A stretch of 61,066 nt of DNA, the filler included. It is 3 parts of 3 records of this genome, joined end to end, with 100 filler letters (N's around TTAATTAATTAA, not from the genome) between each part and the next. Parts side by side here need not be neighbours in the genome. Positions count along the whole stretch, not along the records: positions 53,832 to 61,066 come from SRR20825006_1640; 2 more parts are not named here. One strand, 5' to 3'. Both the position numbers and the translations under genes were made by a program. Below are positions 53,832 to 61,066 of this stretch, piece by piece (positions within the stretch are counted from its first letter, which is position 1; each line of letters opens with the position of its first letter). The notes below the pieces were generated by a model, which was given only the letters and a program-made list of their open reading frames with translations, made no database searches and had not been told where the DNA came from.

Positions 53832-54449
53832 TTGCTGACCCTTTCAACCCTGCGGCTGACGGCAGCGACACGGGCCCTGAAGTCTGCCGGAGAGGCCGTT
53901 CAGCCGCTCGAAAAGCAAATCGAGGGCGCCGTGGAAATCACCCAGGACGCCCTGGCCGAACTCAGGAACATTTCGGCCGGCCTCAGCCTACCGGAAATCA
54001 GCAGTCTCGATCTTGAGCAAACGATTCGCCGGGCGGTTCAAAGGCATGAGGCCTTTACCGGTGACAAGATCGACCTGGTCATCTCGCCATTGCCCGAGGC
54101 TGTCAGCGATGCGCTGAAAACCTGCGTGTTCCGCATCGTGCAGGAAGGGCTGAACAATGCCGCCAAGCATGCGCACGACGCGGAAAAACAGGTGACCGTC
54201 AAACAAGAGGACGGCGAGATCCACATTGACCTCTATGATCAGGGCCCCGGCATGCCCTCGCATGCTCTCACCATCGACGGCGCCAGCAAGCTTGGACTGG
54301 CCGGAATGCGCAATCGTGTGATTTCGTTCAACGGGCGCTTTGAAATCGATTCCGGGCCAGGTCGCGGCACGCATTTGGCCATTCGGCTTCCCATCAACCA
54401 GGAAACCCAGAGTTCCAGTCAGACCGATAGTCCGGTGGATTTGGATTAG
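53832..54449 (+). CDS. Sensor histidine kinase (HisKA_3/NarX-type), 5'-truncated
   Basis: ELRNIS, FRIVQEGLNNAAKHA, DQGPG, LGLAGMRNRV, SGPGRGT. Confidence 0.9.
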   Translation: MLTLSTLRLTAATRALKSAGEAVQPLEKQIEGAVEITQDALAELRNISAGLSLPEISSLDLEQTIRRAVQRHEAFTGDKIDLVISPLPEAVSDALKTCVFRIVQEGLNNAAKHAHDAEKQVTVKQEDGEIHIDLYDQGPGMPSHALTIDGASKLGLAGMRNRVISFNGRFEIDSGPGRGTHLAIRLPINQETQSSSQTDSPVDLD

Positions 54450-55096
54450 CCGTCCAGGCTGCCGTTCTTCTGTGCGGCAAAAACCACTTCGAGCCGGTTG
54501 CGGGCGTTGAGCTTGGTCATCAAGCTGCTCATGTAATATTTGACAGTTTTCTCGCTGATGAGCAGTTCCGACGCGATTTCCCGATTTGTCCGCGCCTGCA
54601 TGAGATGCCCGATGATCTGCTTCTCGCGCACGCTGAGACGGATGGCGCTGCTCAGACGGGCCCGCGCCTCCTTGTTTCTCAATCCGGTGAGCACCTGACC
54701 GGCATATTGTTTGGTGATGTAGAGCTCGCCACGCATCACCGTTTCCACGGCCTCGATGACTTCCTCGACCCGTCCACCCTTGAGGACGAATCCCGTGGCA
54801 CCGGCATCGAGCGCCTTGAGCACGGAGTCCGCGCTGGAAAAGGCAGTGAACACAATGACATGGGTGTCAGGAAAAGTGCGTGACACCTGTGAAATCATGC
54901 CAAAGACATCGCCTGGCATGGACAGGTCGGTGATCAACACATCCGGCTTGTGGGTCTTGACGATCTCGAGGGCCGCATCTGCGGACGCTCCTTCGGCAAC
55001 AACTTCCAAACCTTGTTCACTTGCAAACACCGCCGTCATGCCCTTGAGAAGGACGGGGTGGTCATCGACGAATGCAACCCTGAAAGAGTCAGTCAT
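54446..55096 (-). CDS. NarL/LuxR-family response regulator
   Basis: VDDHP, DLSMPG, GFVLKG, LSVREKQI...TNREIA..L.ISEKTVK. Confidence 0.93.
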   Translation of the reverse strand: MTDSFRVAFVDDHPVLLKGMTAVFASEQGLEVVAEGASADAALEIVKTHKPDVLITDLSMPGDVFGMISQVSRTFPDTHVIVFTAFSSADSVLKALDAGATGFVLKGGRVEEVIEAVETVMRGELYITKQYAGQVLTGLRNKEARARLSSAIRLSVREKQIIGHLMQARTNREIASELLISEKTVKYYMSSLMTKLNARNRLEVVFAAQKNGSLDG

Positions 55097-55579
55097 GATA
55101 TCCCCCATAACACGCTATTGAGTAGGGACGCCGCAAGACAATGGTATCCCTCGACTGGGCGCTTGGCTACAACATAGTTACGAGACCGTTAATCACCATT
55201 ATTTTAGACATTAAGTAACCCGGTCTGCACGCAGAAGGCGAAATAAAGCGCCAAAATTTATTTGGTGATAAGGAGATACAGAGCCTTGCTGTGTTGCCAG
55301 CCGGGACCAGATTCCACAAGGCGCATGACTGTGTATGTAACGCGGTCCATCAGAGTTGCCCTGGGTGTCATCGAATTTCTCGTTCGCATCCGCAGCGCTC
55401 TTTTGAACGCGTGAGGTGAAGCCATCACCCTGATTTGGCGCACAGGAATGGTTAGGCTCCATCGGCGTTGGGTATCAGTTGCGTTGCAGATGCTCGGGCC
55501 GATCGCGCGCAGGCCCGGTCCGCTCAGTGTGCCGGATGGTCCGGCGGGATCAGGCTGGCCCGTTTTCGCGTCGCGACCA

Positions 55580-55621
55580 TTGACACAAGACACAACAAAT
55601 CAAATCTGCTAATGCCATTAG
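55580..55621 (+). promoter_or_regulatory. Promoter and palindromic operator of the first LacI gene
   Basis: TTGACA at 55580-55585; CTAATG-C-CATTAG palindrome at 55609-55621. Confidence 0.5.
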
Positions 55622-55681
55622 TAATTGGATTTATGATTGCTAATGACGGGCACCAAAACCTCATCATCCGTAACCCGCGCC

Positions 55682-56725
55682 ATGCGCCGGCCTGATCGTC
55701 GCGTGCGACGGGTCACAATGACCGACATCGCGCGCGAGGCAGGCTGCTCTCAGGCGACGGTGTCGTTCGTCATCAACAATGCGCCGGGCATTCGATTGTC
55801 CGATGAAACGCGCCGTCGCGTCCTCGATGCTGCCAGGCGCCTGGGCTACAACGTGCCTGCGGGCAATGCCGCGCCCAAACAGCAGGTCGGAAAGCGCAAT
55901 CGGCGGATCGGCTTTATCGTCGACCAGCTTGCCACCAGTCCCGAAGCAGTGCAGGCGATCGAGGGGCTCACCCAGGCCGCGCGAGTGCAGGGCGATCTGG
56001 TGTTTGTCGGGCAGAGCGACAATGATTCCGAGATCGAATCCGCACTCATCGATGCCTTTGTCGATCAGGGCGTTTCAGCATTGGTCTATATGACCATTTT
56101 CACGCGCGAGGTGGACCTGCCGCTTGAGCTGAAAAGCCTCGATATCCCGGTCTATTTGCTCAATTGCTACGCTGCGGGCCTGGCCCGTCCGGCCGTTGTG
56201 CCCAGCGAGATTGCTGGCGGCCAGCGGGCCACGCATTATCTGATCAGCAAGGGGCACCGGCGGGTCGCCACCATCACCGGCGAGATCTGGATGGAAGCGG
56301 CGCAAGACCGGCTCAAGGGCTATCGCCGCGCACTGGCGACCGCCGATATTCCCTTCGACCAGGACCTGGTTTTCAACGGCGATTGGTCGGCCAGCGCCGG
56401 CTACGATGCGACACGAAAAATCCTCGCTTTGCCCGAAAAGCCCACGGCCATCTTCTGCCAGAACGATCGCATGGCCATTGGCTGCTATGAGGCCTTGAAG
56501 GAAGCCGGTCTCGACATTCCCCGCGACATGTCGGTGATTGGCTATGACGACGAGGAAATCGCCCGCCACCTGCATCCGCGCCTGACCACCACCGTTCTGC
56601 CGCACCGCGCCATGGGGCAATGGGTGTTCGAACAGATGCTCGAGGGCGTGGCGGAGGATCGCTATCCATTGACCAAGCTGGAATGTCCGCTGGTCGAGCG
56701 CGACTCCGTCGCTAAGCCCCGCTAG
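55682..56725 (+). CDS. LacI-family transcriptional regulator
   Basis: VTMTDIAREAGCSQATVSFVIN HTH; AIFCQNDRMA, SVIGYDD; alternative start at 55643. Confidence 0.93.
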   Translation: MRRPDRRVRRVTMTDIAREAGCSQATVSFVINNAPGIRLSDETRRRVLDAARRLGYNVPAGNAAPKQQVGKRNRRIGFIVDQLATSPEAVQAIEGLTQAARVQGDLVFVGQSDNDSEIESALIDAFVDQGVSALVYMTIFTREVDLPLELKSLDIPVYLLNCYAAGLARPAVVPSEIAGGQRATHYLISKGHRRVATITGEIWMEAAQDRLKGYRRALATADIPFDQDLVFNGDWSASAGYDATRKILALPEKPTAIFCQNDRMAIGCYEALKEAGLDIPRDMSVIGYDDEEIARHLHPRLTTTVLPHRAMGQWVFEQMLEGVAEDRYPLTKLECPLVERDSVAKPR

Positions 56726-56729
56726 GCGG

Positions 56730-57785
56730 CTAACCCTTTGGCGGTGCGATTGAATCGCGCTCTACCAACTCGCACTCGATCTTGAGTTTTTGCAGCCGCT
56801 CATCGGCGTCGATGCCATCGAAGCCGTCCAGCAACTGGCCCACCGCCCAGCGCGCCATCTCGTCATGCGGCAGCACCATGGTGGACAGTGGCGGATCCAT
56901 GTTTGCGGCGATGTCCTCATCGTCAAAACCGACAATCGACAGATCGCCCGGAACGGACAGTCCCAGGCTGCGCGCCACCTCGTAGCAGCCAATCGCCATG
57001 CGGTCGTTGAAACAGAAGATCGCGCTTGGCGGATTGGGGCGTGAGAGCAGCGCCAATGCGCGCTCGCGCCCGGCCCGTATGGTCCAGCCTCCCAGGGTGA
57101 CCAGACTTTCGTCTACGGGGATGCCCCATTTTTCCATGGCCTGGCGAAAGCCCTGTTCGCGGTCGATGGCCGCCTCGACGATGTGTTCGCCTGCCAGATG
57201 GGCAATGCGGCGGTGCCCGGCGCGGAGCAGGGCGTCCGTGGCGGTGAAGCCGCCAACAATATCGCCCGGCACCACCGAGGGGTGCTGTACCCGCTTTTCG
57301 TAGCAATTGAGCAGCACCAGCGGAAGCTGGGAAAAGGCATCGGGAACAGTCACCTGCCGTGTGATCAGGGTACAATAGATGGCGCCGATAGCGTTCTGGG
57401 CGACGAGCATGTCGAGCCCGGCCTGTTCAAGTGCGGGATCATTGCCGGTGCAGAAGGTGGCGATGGTGACGTCCTGCAGCGCCGCCTCGTCCCGGGCCCC
57501 CTCGATGAACGGCGCGGCAAAGGGCGTGGTCGAGACTTCATCGATGAACAGACCCACCACCCGCGTGCGCCCAGCCGGAACCGGGTGGGTCTTGCCCCGG
57601 CGATAGCCAAGCTGCTCTGCCGCTTCCTGCACACGGCGGCGCGTGGCCTTGGATACACGGGCATTGGGCACGCCATTGAGCACCAGCGAAACGGTGGCCT
57701 GCGACACCCCGGCCAGTTCCGCCACCTCGTGCATGGTTGCGCGCTTTTCCAAATCACCGTCCCGCTCGGTTGTCCCCAGCCCCAT
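56730..57785 (-). CDS. LacI-family transcriptional regulator
   Basis: ATMHEVAELAGVSQATVSLVLN HTH; AIFCFNDRMA, SIVGFDD. Confidence 0.93.
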   Translation of the reverse strand: MGLGTTERDGDLEKRATMHEVAELAGVSQATVSLVLNGVPNARVSKATRRRVQEAAEQLGYRRGKTHPVPAGRTRVVGLFIDEVSTTPFAAPFIEGARDEAALQDVTIATFCTGNDPALEQAGLDMLVAQNAIGAIYCTLITRQVTVPDAFSQLPLVLLNCYEKRVQHPSVVPGDIVGGFTATDALLRAGHRRIAHLAGEHIVEAAIDREQGFRQAMEKWGIPVDESLVTLGGWTIRAGRERALALLSRPNPPSAIFCFNDRMAIGCYEVARSLGLSVPGDLSIVGFDDEDIAANMDPPLSTMVLPHDEMARWAVGQLLDGFDGIDADERLQKLKIECELVERDSIAPPKG

Positions 57786-57916
57786 TTACGGCGATTTGCC
57801 CGGCTTTGACCACCAGCCAGTTCCGTCCTTGCACATCGCGAATTGGCTCTTGCCAAGGCCGATGGTTCGGCCCTATGGTGATAATAATATAACTAATACT
57901 GCTTAGGGTGGAGATT

Positions 57917-60697
57917 ATGAATTTGGGTCGGGCAATGACATCCGAGGCGATCAGCGCGTCGCGCAACAGCCTGTCACTGGATGGCGTCTGGCAGTTCCGG
58001 CATGAGGATGGGCCCTGGCGCCATGCGCATGTTCCCCAGCCCTGGCAGGCCGAGTTTTCTGACCTCGTCGATACCTTCGGCCACGCTACCTACAAGCGCA
58101 GCTTCACCCTGCCGGCCGGCTGGGAAGATCGGGATCTGGCGCTGCACTTCTGCGCCGTCAGCTATGCCTGCGAGGTCTTCCTCAATGGCGAGAAGCTGGG
58201 CAGCCACGAAGGCGCCTTCCTGCCCTTCGAATTTGCCGTCGAAAACGCAAAGCTGCGGCCAACCAATGAAGTCGAGGTGCGGGTCACCATGCCTTCGGCC
58301 GATCAGTCGGCCTTTCCGGAATTTCCCTTTGCGGAAATCCCGCATGGCAAGATCTCCTGGTATGGCCGCATTGGCGGGCTCTGGCAGTCGGTCTCGCTGC
58401 TCGCCCGCGACGCCCGCCGCCTAGACCATGTGGTCATCGAGGCCGGCATGGATGGTGTGCTCAGGGCCGATCTCGCCTTCACCGCCGCGGCCAAAGGCCT
58501 GCCGGCCCAATTGGAGGTCCGCGACAGCGAAGGTGTCGTTGTTGCCTCCACCGATCTGTCGGCGGCCGACGCCGTTGACGTGACGCTCGAAGTGCCGGGC
58601 GTCAGGCTCTGGGATGTCGGCCAGCCCAATCTCTATACCCTGACGGTGACGCTCGATGGCGGCGTCGATGTGGTTGAGCAAACCTTTGGCTTCCGCACTG
58701 TCACCACGGCCAATGGGCAGATCCTGCTCAACGGCAAGCCCGTCTATATGCGCGGCGCGCTGGACCAGGATTATTATCCCGACGGTATCTACACGCCGCC
58801 TTCGCTGGATTTCCTCGAAGACCAGGCCAAAAAGGCCATCGAGCTGGGCCTGAACACGCTGCGTTGCCACATCAAGGTGCCGGATCCGCGCTATTACGAT
58901 GTCGCCGACCGCTTTGGCCTGCTGGTCTGGACCGAAGTCCCCAATGTCCAGAGCTTCACGTCGGACTCGGCGCGGCGGATGCGCGAGACCATGGTGGGCA
59001 TCCTCAAGCGCGACCGCAACCATCCCTCGATCATCGCCTGGACGCTGATCAACGAGGATTGGGGCACCCGTCTGATGGAAAATGCCGAACACCGCCAATG
59101 GCTCAAGGACAGCTATGACTGGCTCAAGGCGGAAGACACCACGCGCCTCGTGGTCGACAATTCGGCCTGTTTCCCGAACTTCCACATGAAAACCGACCTC
59201 AACGACTACCACTATTACCGCTCGGTGCCCGAGCGCCGGCAGGAATGGGATGACATTACCGCCCAGTTTGCGGCGGGGGCCGACTGGACCTTCTCACCTT
59301 TGGGCGATGCCGAGCGCAAGGGCGACGAGCCGCTGATCGTTTCCGAATTCGGCGTCTGGGGCCTGCCCGATCCGAAAAAGCTGCGCAACGAGGACGGCTC
59401 GGAGCCGGACTGGTTCGAGACCGGCGCGCTCTGGGGCGACGGCGTAGCGCTGCCGCACGGCATCGAGCAGCGTTTCGGCGCGCTCGATATGGCCCGCACC
59501 TTCGGCAGCTTCGATGGCTTCATCGAACAGGTGCAGTGGTACCAGTTCATGAACCTGCGCTACCAGATCGAGGAAATGCGCCGCTATCCCTCGATCATGG
59601 GCTACGTCATCACCGAGCTGACGGACGTTCATTGGGAAGCCAACGGCCTTCTCGATATCGAACGCAATCCGCGCGTCTTCCACGATGTGTTTGCCACCAT
59701 CAACGCCGATATCGTCATCGTGCCGCGCCCGGCGCGCTATTCGGCCTGGGCGGGCGAGGCGCTGCCGGTCGAACTCAGGATCGCCACCGGCGGCGGGTCG
59801 ATCCCGGCCGGGGCCAAGTTGAGCTGGACCGGCGGTATCAGCGGATCACTCGACGTGCCCGCGACCGGCCCGGTTTCGGTTGCAGATCTGGGAACCACCA
59901 ACCTCTCAATGCCGGCGGTTTCCGACAATACCACGCTGCGCCTTGACTTCGTTCTCGAAGCCAACGGTGTGGTACTGGCGCGCAATAGCTGCGAAATCGC
60001 GCTTTACTCCCGGCGCAAGACGGCAGGGCTTTCCTCCATTGCAACTGCCGATCCCGATCTCGCCGCTTACGCCAGCGGCCTTGGTTATCCGGTCGTTCCG
60101 GCAGCCGAGGCCGACATTATCCTCTGCCATGCGGTCAATGGCGCCGATGTCGAGGCCATCAAGGCCGGCGCGCGCTATGTGATCCTGGCTGACGGCACGG
60201 TCGAGACCAACAAGAACCTGCGCACCGACATGCCCGATGGGGAATTGCCGCATCGCTCCATCGTGGCCGATGGCAAGCAGTTCCGCCCGAGCCTGGATCA
60301 GCATCTGCCCGGCATCAGCCTGGTCGAACGCGATGGCACCATCTGGCGCGGCGACTGGATCGCCGGTTTCTCCTGGGTGCGCCGCGAAGGCCATTTCGCT
60401 GCCATTCCGGGCGGTCCCCTCTTCGATCTCAGCTTTTCCGATGTGGTGCCGCACCACCTGCTCACCGGCTTCCGGCCCTGGGAATTCGGCAGCAACGTGA
60501 TCGCCGGCATGGTTTGCGGCTGGGTGCACAAACCGGCGGCGATCATCGGTCAGAAGCGCGTCGGGCGCGGCGGCGTGGTCGCCACAACCTTCCGGCTCAC
60601 CCGCGAGGCGCCAGGCGCCGATCCGGTCGCCGCGGCCCTGTTCGACGCCCTGGTGGCAACGGCAGCCGATCTGCCGGTGGACGAGGGGAAGATCTAG
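57917..60697 (+). CDS. Glycoside hydrolase family 2
   Basis: TFGFRTV, LNGKPVYMRGALDQ, DRNHPSIIAWTLINE (acid/base), VSEFG (nucleophile); start uncertain (57908/57917/57935). Confidence 0.92.
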   Translation: MNLGRAMTSEAISASRNSLSLDGVWQFRHEDGPWRHAHVPQPWQAEFSDLVDTFGHATYKRSFTLPAGWEDRDLALHFCAVSYACEVFLNGEKLGSHEGAFLPFEFAVENAKLRPTNEVEVRVTMPSADQSAFPEFPFAEIPHGKISWYGRIGGLWQSVSLLARDARRLDHVVIEAGMDGVLRADLAFTAAAKGLPAQLEVRDSEGVVVASTDLSAADAVDVTLEVPGVRLWDVGQPNLYTLTVTLDGGVDVVEQTFGFRTVTTANGQILLNGKPVYMRGALDQDYYPDGIYTPPSLDFLEDQAKKAIELGLNTLRCHIKVPDPRYYDVADRFGLLVWTEVPNVQSFTSDSARRMRETMVGILKRDRNHPSIIAWTLINEDWGTRLMENAEHRQWLKDSYDWLKAEDTTRLVVDNSACFPNFHMKTDLNDYHYYRSVPERRQEWDDITAQFAAGADWTFSPLGDAERKGDEPLIVSEFGVWGLPDPKKLRNEDGSEPDWFETGALWGDGVALPHGIEQRFGALDMARTFGSFDGFIEQVQWYQFMNLRYQIEEMRRYPSIMGYVITELTDVHWEANGLLDIERNPRVFHDVFATINADIVIVPRPARYSAWAGEALPVELRIATGGGSIPAGAKLSWTGGISGSLDVPATGPVSVADLGTTNLSMPAVSDNTTLRLDFVLEANGVVLARNSCEIALYSRRKTAGLSSIATADPDLAAYASGLGYPVVPAAEADIILCHAVNGADVEAIKAGARYVILADGTVETNKNLRTDMPDGELPHRSIVADGKQFRPSLDQHLPGISLVERDGTIWRGDWIAGFSWVRREGHFAAIPGGPLFDLSFSDVVPHHLLTGFRPWEFGSNVIAGMVCGWVHKPAAIIGQKRVGRGGVVATTFRLTREAPGADPVAAALFDALVATAADLPVDEGKI

Positions 60698-60705
60698 CCG
60701 AAGCG

Positions 60706-60733
60706 CCCACCTCTCTCACGAGGGAGAGGTGGG
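60706..60733. repeat. Intergenic hairpin (REP-like)
   Basis: CCCACCTCTCTC-ACGA-GGGAGAGGTGGG, 12-bp stem with one G-U pair, between GH2 and the ABC ATPase. Confidence 0.55.
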
Positions 60734-60795
60734 GAAGCTGCCGATGATTTGGGTGAGACGCGAAAACGCGCCGCCCAACCAAGGAGGAGAACAAC

Positions 60796-61066
60796 ATGGC
60801 CGATATCGTGCTCAAGGATGTGAGCAAATCCTACGGCGCCGTCGAGGTGCTCGAACGGGTGAACATGCATATCCGCTCGGGCGAGTTCATCGTCTTCCTC
60901 GGTCCCTCGGGCTGCGGGAAGTCGACCCTGCTGCGGATGATTGCCGGGCTTGAGGCAGTCAACGCCGGCGAAATTCATATCGGCGAGCGCCGGGTGGACA
61001 ATCTCCCGCCCAATCAGCGCGGCGTGGCCATGGTGTTCCAGAACTATGCGCTCTATCCGCATATGA
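60796..61066 (+). CDS. Sugar ABC transporter ATP-binding protein (MalK/UgpC family), runs off the window
   Basis: Absent from the ORF track because it has no stop; [24 protein letters not shown]...[18 protein letters not shown]...[13 protein letters not shown]. Confidence 0.93.
   Translation, partial: MADIVLKDVSKSYGAVEVLERVNMHIRSGEFIVFLGPSGCGKSTLLRMIAGLEAVNAGEIHIGERRVDNLPPNQRGVAMVFQNYALYPHM

Noticed and set aside
55100-55580. Long intergenic region with short ORFs and GC hairpins as a possible ncRNA or small gene
   Set aside because: No recognisable RNA family, RBS or coding signal; an Rfam search would be needed

Overview
The window is not one locus. It joins three unrelated contigs with 100-nt artificial linkers (44 N + TTAATTAATTAA + 44 N) at 26209-26308 and 53732-53831. 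Contig 1 (1-26208) looks Myxococcota/Bradymonadia-like (inferred from Cys-rich lipoproteins, DM-repeat linkers and TSP3 repeats) and is the most interesting part. It holds (a) a tightly coupled four-gene minus-strand operon of large exported proteins: a papain-like/Cys-repeat/Gly-rich lipoprotein, a lectin-domain lipoprotein, a beta-sheet + helical-solenoid protein reminiscent of vitellogenin/MTP lipid-transfer proteins, and a small lipoprotein; (b) a sulfur/cysteine module rrf2 - pseudo-cysK - cysO-like - cysM - mec, whose first cysteine-synthase paralogue lacks the PLP Schiff-base lysine while both Rrf2 regulators in the contig end in a CymR-like Y-x-I tail, suggesting a dedicated pseudoenzyme co-regulator; (c) a DUF368 translocase with a LysM-like insert and other envelope genes. 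Contig 2 (26309-53731) is Caulobacterales/Hyphomonadaceae-like core genome (argJ, secA, creD, murB, ddl-ftsQAZ-lpxC-bamD, ligA, recN, prmA, amtB, pgeF, prs) with CtrA, LexA and EcfG motifs, a TonB-dependent receptor splitting the dcw cluster and an inverted recN-ligA pair. Contig 3 (53832-61066) is a rhizobial-type sugar-utilisation region (NarL-type two-component pair, two LacI regulators, GH2 hydrolase, ABC ATPase). No rRNA, tRNA, CRISPR array or transposase was recognised. All protein calls come from motif recognition by eye; no database search was run.
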